Source of the DNA: Eledone cirrhosa
Taxonomy: Eukaryota
NCBI GenBank assembly: GCA_964016885.1
Contig: OZ024740.1
Coordinates: forward strand, 298,592,001 to 298,656,000
Direction: 5' to 3'
Length of the DNA stretch: 64,000 nt
Of this stretch, positions 27,478 through 38,515 are shown piece after piece; position 1 is the first letter of the stretch, and every line of letters begins with the position of its first letter. Below the pieces are notes generated by a model, which was given only the letters and a program-made list of their open reading frames with translations, made no database searches and was not told where the DNA came from. The position numbers and the translations under genes are program-made.

Positions 27478-27586
27478 TTATATATATATTTATATATATA
27501 TTTATATATATATATATTTTTATATATATATATTTATATATATATATTTATATATATATATTTATATATATATTTATATATATTTT

Positions 27587-27623
<37 letters not shown>

Positions 27624-27843
27624 ATTTATATATATATATATTTATATATATATATATTTATATATATATATTTATATATATATATATTTATATATATATA
27701 TATTTATATATATATATATTTATATATATATATTTATATATATATATTTATATATATATATTTATATATATATTTATATATATATATTTATATATATATA
27801 TTTATATATATATATATATATATAAAAATATATATATACATAA

Positions 27844-27876
<33 letters not shown>

Positions 27877-27945
27877 CACCAAGAGAGAGATTGAGAGAGG
27901 CTACAGTACTTGACTGGAAGTTACTATATAATCTAATCTTGTTAC
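27345..27945. repeat. ~90-bp inverted repeat enclosing a ~430-bp (TA/TTTA)n array
   Basis: agtaacaagattagattgtatagtaacttccagttaagtactgtagcc... versus ...ggctacagtacttgactggaagttactatataatctaatcttgttact. Confidence 0.9.
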
Positions 27946-29589
27946 TTGTGTATAGTTAAAGAGTGGTGGCGAAGTATGAGGGGGTGATAAAAGTAGTATT
28001 AAAGCAAAGTTGCTGTTGCAGTAATGTTATGGTAGAGCTAGTAGCAGTAGCTTTGATCAGGCTGATCTTTAGCACATGAATAATCATTTGAAATCTCTGA
28101 TAGTCTTACAATCTCAACACTAGGCATATTAACTATAGAATTGTTTAAAACTATATTCTGAGTGTATAAATTCTATGTATATGTATCTGTATGTGTGTGG
28201 GTTTGTGAATATGCTTACATTGTATATTTATATCAACAACTGCATAAATTCATGCACATATATCTTCCTTTAATTCCTATAACATCATCATCATTTTTAC
28301 ATCCATTTTACCATATATAAATTTATATATCTTCATCATCATCATACGTCTTTTGTTTTCCGCTTGCATGGGTTGGATGGGTCAGTTTTCTGTACGGCAT
28401 CTTTCCTCTTGTGTTCTTTTGTCATTTCCTCCATGAGCTTTAGTTATCTAAGATCAGTTCTCACCACTTCCATCCTGCTCTTCCTTGGTATACCCCCCCC
28501 TCTATCTCTCTCTCCATGTGCCAATTGAGCAGAGAGATATACTCAGAGCGCCTGTATTCCAAGTTTTCAGTAGCTGGATTTCAGAAATTGAGAAGGTGGT
28601 TATGTGTAATGGTTCAGAAAATCATGTGGTAGTTGGTGGTTGAATGCAGGTGTCGCTGGCCATTGTCTGCAGAAATGCTTTTGCAGTTTTGACCATGGGG
28701 TGTAGACGAAACACCACCCCAACCTAGGTGAAGAGTCTGTCACTCTTTCCCCTTCTTCTCTCTTTCTTCCGTTGTCTAATAGTCCTTGCTCTTTCCCTCA
28801 TTTTCTTTTCATTTATGGCATTTATAGTCCTTTCCTTTACTTTCCTATACAGCCAGATCTGCCCTTCTTAAACCTCTTCCTGCTTTCTTTTTATTACTTA
28901 ATGTTATTTTTATCCCTTTTTTAATATTTCCAACATTGTATAACTTTTCTTTGTAATATATAGTTGACATAAAATAAAAAATATTCAAAACATTAAAGAG
29001 GAGGGGTGTTGGTGTGGATGTGTATATCTCACCAAGGAAAAATGCCAGGGTGTTTGATAGTAAGGTTTGGCTATCGGAGTGTAAGTTATTTGGAGGTCGA
29101 GGATACTCATTTGGATGTCACGTAATTCCTCTTCTCACCCCACTTTCAGTCACTCAATCTCTCTCGTACTTAATCTGCATTGATTAGTTGACTTGATTTC
29201 TCTCCCTAGCTGCGAAAGGTCCCATTGGTTAAGCCCAAAGCTCATCAACCATCAACACAGACACACACAAATATGCATACAAAGTAAACACTTAAAGAAT
29301 TTAAAAGAATTTAAAAGAATTAGGTAATTCAGTCCTGTTCATAATCCTTATGAAAAGGACTGACATGTGCAGCCAGGTTGGAAAGGGTATTGAGACTGGC
29401 GGGTGTAGAATCAGTCGACTGGAATTTGTGTACAATATGGTACTATTTAGAAGGTTTGATGTTGAATACTGCATGGCAGGAATGAAAATCAGGAATTTTA
29501 GGATTCCAGCCAGATCAATTGGTGAGTTGCTTCTGACAGGACTCACTGCAAGGTGTGCTTGACGACACTGCCCCCCCCCCCCGGTTACT

Positions 29590-29994
29590 GGGTGCAGTTT
29601 TCATAGTGCTAGCACTGAAGTTACATCCACTTGACCGAATCAACAGCATGAGATCAAAACATAAGTAGGTATGTTGGAGGGCCGGTTTAAAGAATGCTTC
29701 CTTAATCATCAGATGACCTTTAGACACTCTGATAAGCGATCATCCATGAAGCTGCCAAGCCATGTATGGTCACACAAGGATGCAGACGTGAATTTCTCCA
29801 CTCAATGGAAAGTTCTAGTTAAATCCAGGCCATACGGAGATGGAACAGTGTCCTGTAAGCTGTGTATTGATGAAAGAGTGAATATCTTGCAGAGGTTATG
29901 TAATAGTACTTGGCTTAACACAAGAGCCAATGTTTTTAATTGCTGTCCCCACACTGTGAAGTATCTGTTACATAACTGGAAAGACCCAGGATAA
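29590..29994 (+). mobile_element. Penelope-like GIY-YIG endonuclease fragment (decayed)
   Basis: VGMLEGRFKECFLNHQMTF...LPSHVWSHKD...QWKVL...CKLCIDE...LNTRANVFNCCPH. Confidence 0.85.
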
Positions 29995-30501
29995 CCATAG
30001 GTCTAACCTGGAATGAACTCAAACGAAAATTGTCTCCTCCACAACAGTCTAATTTGAGTTGTCTCCCTTGTCACCAAACTACTGTCATCTGCTGTGCAGA
30101 ATCCAGTCAACTCATTTATACTTCTGTTCTCACCGCAGCCATATACACAGGTTGAAAATCGGTTTGGTGAAATATGTATCTCCGAGGATGGCTTGCTAAT
30201 TCTTTGTGGAACTAGCCCTAACTGAACTCATCCTTTGGACTGTGTGCTCTTCTTACTACGAATATAACTCCCCATTTTTTTTTACCACTATATATATATA
30301 TATACATATATATAGTGGTAAAATATATATATATATATATATAAATAGGATTTCGCTTCAAGCATAGCTTGATACAAATGTACACAAATTTCGTATTTCT
30401 AAAAAAACACGGTATGTTTACAGGAAACATTTAGGAAGCTGTAGCTATGCAAACACCGGGGCTAACGCCCTCTGGTGGTGTCCAGCAGAAGCAAGGGGGA
30501 C

Positions 30502-30547
30502 AACTGTCTATGCATTTCAGGCTTGACTGGCCTTCATCAGGACAGTC
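30502..30547 (-). ncRNA. Minimal type I hammerhead ribozyme
   Basis: GACUGUC CUGAUGA AGGC CAGUCAA GCCU GAAA UGCA UA GACAGUU. Confidence 0.92.
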
Positions 30548-30827
30548 CCTCCCACCGCTTGCAACTGCTGGACTTGAGAACAGTCAAGAGTATATAGTTT
30601 TCTCGTCTGTGTAAATGAGGCGATTAATCTCATTTGCATATGAAGCTGCATAAGTTGGCTCAACTTATAATAGAATAGAAATAGGATTTCGCTTCAAGCA
30701 TAGCTTGATACAAATATGTATAGAAATTTTGTATTTCTAAAGAAACACGGTATGTTTACAGGAAACATTTAGGAAGCCATAGCTATGCAAACACCCTATA
30801 GTGATGTCCAGCAGAAGCAAGGGGGAC

Positions 30828-30873
30828 AACCGTCTATGCATTTCAGGCTTGACCGGCCTTCATCAGGACGGTC
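30828..30873 (-). ncRNA. Minimal type I hammerhead ribozyme
   Basis: GACCGUC CUGAUGA AGGC CGGUCAA GCCU GAAA UGCA UA GACGGUU. Confidence 0.92.
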
Positions 30874-31013
30874 CCTCCCACCGCTTGCAGCTGCTGGACT
30901 TGAGAACAGTCGAGAATATATAGTTTTCTCATCTGTGTAAATGAAGTGATTAATCTCATTTGCATATGAAGCTGCATTATCAACTCAGAGAAATAATTGA
31001 ACATTAGTCTTAA

Positions 31014-31238
31014 CTCTTTAGCATTTACATTACTCTATATTTACTATTGTATTTTCTTGGTAAAGGCTTTACCTCACATAATTATCTCACATAATATCGA
31101 ATCTATGAGATTTTGATATTCATTTTCAGAACACTAATATGAGTGAAAGCATTAGTATGAGTGGCCAGTTAGGGCCGGTTTGAACAGAAAGAGGTGAGAG
31201 AATTCTGGCTGGATACAGCTAGTTTAAATGCTAAAGGG
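31014..31238 (-). mobile_element. piggyBac-type MITE, family A (opposite orientation)
   Basis: TTAA flanks; ends with aaatgctaaaggg. Confidence 0.88.
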
Positions 31239-31888
31239 TTAAGCCAAAATCTCGATTTGGGTGGGATATAAGCTAGACCGACTAAAATAAGTCAGTTTTA
31301 CTCATACAATTCCTCAACCATGATTTCAGGAATTCAAGAAACATTGATTATTTCAAAGCATTGGAATAACCAATATTGGAAGAATTTAAATTCTGTCATC
31401 GGGGAAAAATTCATTGGAATAAGAGGAGTTATTGAATATAAAGCATACTAGCCATGTCATTGCTGAAACTGCATGGTGTCCAATGGGTTGCGTCATTGAA
31501 TTCCTAAATGAACATATCTCTCTAAATGTATGAGGGAAATATGAAAGGCTTACAGTGATATTGGAAATAGCATCCAAATTTGATAATTCATTAGTGCATA
31601 TATATATATAAGTATGTATACGTACATACATATATGTATACAGACGTACAGTAGTATGTGTATATATATATATATATATATATACATACATGCACGTATA
31701 CATACTTATATTTAAGTAACAGCCGTACTAAGAGTGAGAAATGAAATTTCGTTTCATTTTTTCCGTTTATCGTTTTCGGTACCCCGGCCGATTAACTCAC
31801 TCGATATGCAAATTAGGCTGCTCAGCCGTTAATATGCATAAGGAAAGTATATACTTTCAGACGTTCAACCATCTGGCAGGAAGGTATA

Positions 31889-31929
31889 CGTTGCTGACGA
31901 TAGCTAATAAGCTTGAAACTAGTACAGCG
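31889..31929 (+). ncRNA. Minimal type I hammerhead ribozyme
   Basis: CGUUG CUGACGA UAGCU AAUA AGCUU GAAA CUAG UA CAGCG. Confidence 0.88.
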
Positions 31930-32075
31930 TTCCTTTCTCAGTGTTGAACAAATGAGCAACGGTGGTTGCTAGACACTGTACGGTTTAATTCGGGATGTTT
32001 GTTTACAAACACACCGAGCATTATAATAAATGTTCGGTGAATCCATACGTACATATATATATATATGTGTGCATG

Positions 32076-32111
<36 letters not shown>

Positions 32112-32212
32112 CTACTGTACGTCTGTATACATATATGTATGTACGTATACATACTTATATTTAAGTAACAGCCGTTCTAAGAGTGAGAAATGAATTTCGT
32201 TTCATTTTTTCC

Positions 32213-32252
<40 letters not shown>

Positions 32253-32642
32253 CTTTTCGTACCTCTGTTGTTTTCCTTGAACTATATCACCATCATCATC
32301 ATTTTACGTCCGCTTTTCCCTGCTTGCAAGGGTGGGACGGAACTGATTCTGGCTTGATTTCTACAGCTGGATGCCCTTCCTGACACCAACCTCATGTGCA
32401 GTGAGTGCTGGGTTCTTTTTTTCCGTGGTGCCTACACGTCTACTTTATATATATATAAAATACTTTTTGTACCCCTGTTTGTTGTTTCTTTGAACTATAT
32501 ATATATAGTAATAATAATAAATGTGAAGACTAAACTCCAAAGAGGGCTCGATAAGGATAAATATATATCAAATATATAAGGACCCTAGAGCAAAAATTTA
32601 TTAAAATAACAGATTAAAGTTTAAGCAAAGAATCACTGCTTT

Positions 32643-32678
32643 TCTTTTGATGAAGGACTAGCGTCCGAAACGTTAAGA
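32643..32678 (+). ncRNA. Minimal hammerhead with C3>U change
   Basis: UCUU UUGAUGA A GGAC UAGC GUCC GAAA CG UU AAGA; a more decayed relative lies at ~55497-55530. Confidence 0.7.
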
Positions 32679-32815
32679 CCCTCTTCCTGCTATATCAAGC
32701 GTTAACCTAATATATCCCTTCCATATATTGTACCGATTGTGTTGCTCTTCCTGTTGACCTTTTACATACATATATATATATAGAAGTGGTTACACAACAG
32801 TTAGTTCACCATACC

Positions 32816-32851
32816 GAGAACAATTGTTTCACCTTAGCGGATCCTCAGCTC
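32816..32851 (-). ncRNA. Minimal hammerhead 3' of the GIY-YIG fragment
   Basis: GAG CUGAGGA UCC GCUAA GGU GAAA CAAUUG UU CUC. Confidence 0.8.
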
Positions 32852-33017
32852 ATAATGGACATGGTTATATGGAACAGGAAGGACAACCTTACGAACGCGC
32901 ATGCGCAGAAACGATCACTTCACGCAAGCAATACTAAATTGCGTGCGAGAGGTGTAAGGGAGATAACTGCGAAAGTCCGAAAGTTTCTAGTTGATAAGAA
33001 AATTAGGATGTTGTAAT

Positions 33018-33300
33018 TCAATCTGGAGCTTTGTAGTTATGTAAGAGGTCTTTCCAGACGTGTGGACAACGTGTGAAGAATTCATTTCTCATGTTTAGGC
33101 AATCACTATTGTGTAATCTCTTTAGAATATTTATTCGTTCATCAATACATAGTCCACACAACGGATTGCCCCTTGCGTATGGTTTGGACTTAGTGATGGC
33201 TTTCCATTGGATGGAGTAGTCTATACTTGAGTCCTTGAGAGACCATACGTGGCTCGCGAGTTTTGTGGATGAACGTCTGTCCGGGTACCTAAATGTACTC
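33018..33300 (-). mobile_element. Penelope-like GIY-YIG endonuclease C-terminal fragment
   Basis: TFRYPDRRSSTKLASHVWSLKD...IQWKAI...CGLCIDE...LNMRNEFFTRCPH. Confidence 0.88.
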
Positions 33301-33374
33301 GGACCCACCAGTCGACCTTTAGGTATCTGGACAGACGTTCATCCATGAAACTTCAGGGTTAACTGGACCATCCT

Positions 33375-33550
33375 AAGCCTGAAATGCATAGAAGGTTGTC
33401 CCCCTTGCTTCTGCTGGACATCACCAGAGGGCGTTAGCCCCCCCCCACCTGGTGTTTGCATAGCTACGGCTTCCTAATACCGTATTTTCTTGGAGAAACG
33501 AAATATTTATACATATTGTATAAAGCTATGCTTGAAGCGAAATCCTATTT
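33375..33550 (+). mobile_element. Partial third copy of the retrozyme-like repeat (3' half of the HHR onward)
   Basis: aagcctgaaatgcatagaaggttgtcccccttgcttctgctggaca...cttgaagcgaaatcctattt is the reverse complement of ~30343-30524. Confidence 0.88.
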
Positions 33551-33563
33551 CATATATATATAT

Positions 33564-34635
33564 AATAAAGTATGTCCATAGAATCATTTGATAAAATATA
33601 TACATTATTTCCTCTCCCAATCAGCATAATCAACCACACAAAAAACCAATTAAACAAGGCTATAAGATTAAAAGACACCCATGAAGAAATAATAGATAAA
33701 TAAACGACAGCTGTCTATTCGCGATCAACAGCTATAGAATATTTACTCAGCACTTCTAATAGCATGTGGAAATCGATTAAATATATCGTCAACCATACAC
33801 AATTAGGTATAAAATCAAATTTAGAAGAAAAAATGTATATAAACATACCAGAATTACGTTTCTACCCCATGGGGTTTCATTTGCTTTTGGAAATATCCGA
33901 TCAAGGATAAATTCACGAGCTTCGAAATCATCAGGAAATAAACTCACTTGGACGAAGATTTTTCTTAAATGATCCCCGCCAGAAACAAATTCAAAATGGC
34001 TAAGAACTGTGACATGGCAGTGGTCAAGTCAGAAAGAATGTGATTGGTGCCTTACGGCGAGTGGGCTGGTTGCTAGAAAGCACAGCCTAATATTGCCTAA
34101 ATTGCATCTCAACCATATGGGAGATTATCAAATATAAAGATTTACATATACATAAACTAGACAAAGTCATTGATATATATATATATATGTTTTTGGCAAC
34201 CATTCATGATGTGGCTCAATGACGAATTAATTAATTAAATAATCAACAATCAGAGCAATATACAATAAAGTATGTCCATAGAATCATTTGATAAAATATA
34301 TACATTATTTCCTCTCCCAATCAGCATAATCAACCACACAAAAAAACCAATTAAACAAGGCTATAAGATTAAAAGACATCTATGAAGAAATAATAGATAA
34401 ATAAACGACAGCTGTCTATTCGCGATCAACAGCTATAGAATATTTACTCAGCATTTCTATTAGCATGTGGAAATCGATTAAATATATCGTCAACCATACA
34501 CAATTAGGTATAAAATCAAAGTTAGAAGAAAAAATGTATATAAACATACCAAAATTACGTTTCTACCCCATGGGATTTCATTCGCTTTTGGAAATATCCG
34601 ATCAAGGATAAATTCACGAACTTCGAAATCATCAG
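33564..34635. repeat. ~370-bp direct duplication (33564-33934 and 34264-34635)
   Basis: Near-identical blocks starting aataaagtatgtccatagaatc. Confidence 0.95.
33859..33938 (-). ncRNA. Hammerhead with long stem II and 10-nt palindromic stem III
   Basis: UUUC CUGAUGA UUUCG...CAAAU GAAA CCCCAUGGGG UA GAAA; second copy at 34560-34635 has UUUCG/CGAAU pairing but a disrupted stem I. Confidence 0.7.
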
Positions 34636-35154
34636 CTTCGAAATAAATAAATATATATATATATTTATTTTATTTTGTGCAATTGCTTACCACGTGTGTT
34701 TTATTTATTTATTTTTATTTGTGTTTTTTCTTCTTTCGTATTGCTGTCAACTTGCTAATTTTTTATTTTTTATTTTGACTTTATTTTTTACTAATTTATC
34801 TTGGCCAGTTGATGTAACTGCTTATTTTAGTATATGCACATGGTCGAGTGTGTATATGTTTGTTTATTTATCTTTACTTATTTTTATAATTATGCGTGTG
34901 AGTGTGTATATATATATATATCTATATATGTGTTTGTGTATTTATGTGTATGTATGTTTATATATATACATATGTATATATATGTATGTGTGTGTGTGTT
35001 TATATACTTATATATTTATAATTTTTTTTCTTCTTACCTGATCCTCATCATCATCATCAACGTTTAACGTCCGTGTTCCACGCTTATATTTTTGTTTTTC
35101 CACTTTCTTATATTTTTGTTTTCAAATCCACATTCAATAAAAACACCAGGACTT

Positions 35155-35214
35155 TTTCATTCTGACGACTGAAAGCAGATTTGTTTGCTTTCAAGAAACC
35201 ACTGGTAAATGAAA
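35155..35214 (+). ncRNA. Minimal type I hammerhead ribozyme
   Basis: UUUCAUU CUGACGA CUGAAAGCAGA UUUG UUUGCUUUCAA GAAA CCACUGG UA AAUGAAA. Confidence 0.88.
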
Positions 35215-35336
35215 TAATTATCTTATGTTGTTTATTACATCACTAATAAGCTCTGTAACCTACATAGAGCACTCTTTTTTCCTGGACCTTTCCGACGGAA
35301 TTATTTCACACACACATATATATATATATATATATG

Positions 35337-35495
35337 GAGGCACATGGCTTAGTGGTTAGAGCATTGGCCTTGCAATCGAAAGGTTGTATAGTTCAATTCT
35401 CAGACCGGGTGATGTGTTGTTTCCTTGAGCAAGACACTTTATTTCACATTGCTCCAGTTTACTCAGCTGTAGAAATGAGATGATAGGGACTGGGA
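35337..35495 (+). mobile_element. tRNA-derived SINE, second family
   Basis: A box tggcttagtgg, B-box-like agttcaattct, ccttgagcaagacacttt core; inverse copy at ~56120-56282. Confidence 0.85.
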
Positions 35496-35510
35496 TTTAT
35501 ATTATTCCAC

Positions 35511-35683
35511 TGCAAAGTGGACGTGTAGGCGCCACGGCAAAAAAGCACCCAGCACTCACTGTAAATGAGGTTGGTGTTAGGAAGGGCATCCAGCTGTAGA
35601 AATCAAGCCAGAATCAGTTCCCGTCCCACCCTTGCAAGCAGGTAAAAGTGGACGTAAAATGGTGATGGTGATGATGATGATGG
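35511..35683 (+). mobile_element. RTE-type 3' end, related subfamily (inverse copy at 32288-32445)
   Basis: ggttggtgttaggaagggcatccagctgtagaaa...ggacgtaaaatggtgatggtgatgatgatg. Confidence 0.8.
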
Positions 35684-36994
35684 AGGATGGATAGATAGAT
35701 AGATAGATAGATATGCTAGTGTTACCTGTCAAATGAAAGGTATTTTGAGGAGTGTACACTTGCAAATGTGGTTAACAGTAAGTAAATATATAAAAATGCA
35801 TAAATATATAAATAACATGAAATGAATAAATAAATTCACTATGCTTACATTTGGCTAAAATGATTCATTATCTAGCTAATGCCCAAACACTACAAATATA
35901 TTAGGGAAAGCAATGATTTAAGAAAAAGAAAAGAAAAGAAATTGAGATAAGACATATTTCATATTGTATATTCCATTTATCAAAAATAATGAAGAAAGAG
36001 TGAAAAGATGTAAACTTCATAGAAATGCTTGGTAGACAATTACTATGTGAGTGTATGTGTGCCTGTATGTGTGCATATGTGTTTGTATGCATGTCTCTAG
36101 TATATCATTCACTACTTCTCTACCTCTCTCTCACTTTTTGACTGCTTTTCTGTTGAGTATGTAAATTTCTTCAATCCATATGTTAATTCTCTCTCTATCT
36201 ATCTATCTATCTATCTATCTCTTACTCTCTCTCTGTCTCCTTTACTCTCTCTCTGTCTCCTTTACTCTCTCTCTCTCTCTCTCCCCCCCTTACTCTCTCT
36301 CTCTCCCTTACTCCCCCCTCTCTCTCTCAACCTTGTATGACATTGAACCAGTGAACCACTACATCAGATATTATATATTAGAGATAGCTGAGTTAATTCT
36401 GACATGAAATTTGCAGCAGTTTGTGCTTAACTCCTTTCTAACCCCTAAAGAGGTTGTCAGTCTATTTGCAAGTAATGTTTCCTTGTAATATTTGATGTAT
36501 GTTATTCATTTAGGTAAATTGGTGTGAGCAGAATTGTGTTACTCAGGGATGCAATAGAATGCCTACTAGCTGTGGCATTTGAACTGGTGACCTTTGTGCT
36601 GGTAGTCAAATATCCTCGCCACTTAGTCATTTCACCTCTTCAATCTTACTGAACTTCTTGCCAATAGTACAGCAGAGACCAACAAATATGATTAGTTTAT
36701 CATTCCACCTTTAATCTTCTTTGTTCTCACATTCTTCTATATTCTCCCTTTCTCTCCTTTTCTTCTTTCTTCTCTCTATCTCTCTATATTCTATCTTTCT
36801 CTTACATTCTTTTGTATTATTTCTTTCTTTTCTTTTTCGTGCTTTTTAAGCAACCACATGTATGCACACATGCAAACTTCAATATGCACTCATGCAGGTT
36901 TATATGCATGATTGCACTAGACATGTAAGCATATTCACATATTCATAAGCAAATTTGCATCTATATATGCATTGCATGCATAGTCAAACACATG

Positions 36995-37072
<78 letters not shown>

Positions 37073-38241
37073 CATATATACACACACATGCATATAGAAA
37101 AAGAAAATTTTTTCGAAAAGTTGGTTGGCAGTAACTTTCTAGAATTGTGGACTCTCCAAATGGTAGTATCTATTTTGAGAAATTGAATCAGGAGACATTT
37201 TCAGGGCCCTGGCACTGGCCCATTTGACAAGCTGTTGTAAAATTGGCTCTCCCATATCTATCATTTAGCATGGATATGTAATTTTAGATTTTTTCACTCT
37301 TGTCTCATTTTATGGAGGCTATTTTAATATCTACTTTTACACTATATATTTCTTTTTCTCTTCGTTGATCTTCATTATCTTATGTATTTGGTTGCATCGA
37401 TTTATTTTATGAGATTTGGTTTTCAATGAGGGATTTGTTTACATAACAACATGTATATCTAAACATATGCTTCTTTATTTTGTTGTTTATCCATAATTTA
37501 TTATTTGTTTTTTAAAATATATATTTTGGTAAATATTTGTGCAATTTTCTCCAGTACTGACATGAATTTTGATGAATTTCAGAAATTTAAATATTTGCAT
37601 GAATTGAGTTGTTAAATGCAAAGTATTTCTCAGTCAGAAGCTCTTTCTTTGTGTTAATAATAATAATTTGTCACAAGAACACAATATAGCAGCAACAACA
37701 ATAATAATCTCCATCATGTAGCTTTTAAAGCTGGAATGCTATTCTAATGTTATTCTCCTTCAAGGTTAAAGCTTAATGGCACAATGATCTCTGTGGTAAA
37801 AACTGTACCCAATGACTTTATCACTGAACCACCACCACCCTTCTCAGTTAGGTCAAGATGTTTCTCTGTAATCAGTAGCTACAGAGAGATTACCACAACC
37901 ACTATCATCAGCTAGTTTTCATCATGTTTCATGCAGTCTCAATTCTTATCCATAGTACCATAATATTTACCAATATTTTTGATATTTTCATCTCCAATTC
38001 AGCCTTTCTCATGAATGTTTTATGTAAATAAATCTTATGATTTACTAAGGAGCTTAAATTATTTCAAATTTGAAATCCAAATGCAGAAATTGCTATACAT
38101 AATAAAAGCTTAAGAAAATCAAGTACAGTACACTTAGAGACAGATAAAAGTGGCTGCTAGCATAAAGTGGTAACTGACAATGTTTTATTTTACTGCTGTT
38201 AAAATCATCTTGAGGTAGAACACAGTTATAAGCTGTGTTAA

Positions 38242-38515
38242 CTCTTTAGTTACCAACCTGGCCAAAATTGGCTCTGTTTCTATGAAATAATGTCACCCAT
38301 TTTAAAGGTTTTCCGTTTAAATTAAAATCTTCCAACATAATTTTATAAAAGAAGCTTACATTAAGTTACTATCTTAGTAATGAAATAATGAATAATTTAG
38401 TAAATGCCTTGAAATTCTTAATGAATTAATTAAAATAGAGTGTATTTCATTAGAAATCATCATCATCATCGTTTAACATCTATCTTCCACGCTAGCATAT
38501 GCGGTCATGAAAGGG
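38242..38515 (+). mobile_element. piggyBac-type MITE, family B (others at ~24330-24567, ~38898-39122 and 52843-53074)
   Basis: TTAA ctctttagttaccaacc...gtcatgaaaggg TTAA; carries an RTE-tail insert at ~38457-38498. Confidence 0.82.

Larger units (their letters stand above)
30343..30977 (-). mobile_element. Head-to-tail dimer of a ~330-bp non-coding hammerhead-bearing repeat (retrozyme-like)
   Basis: Units 30343-30678 and 30679-30977, each with a complete HHR; no ORF. Confidence 0.88.

Noticed and set aside
33849-33999. Minus-strand open frame HFEFVSGGDHLRK... ending at a gtatgt donor, vaguely kinase-like
   Set aside because: No other kinase motifs or partner exons; better explained as part of the HHR-bearing repeat
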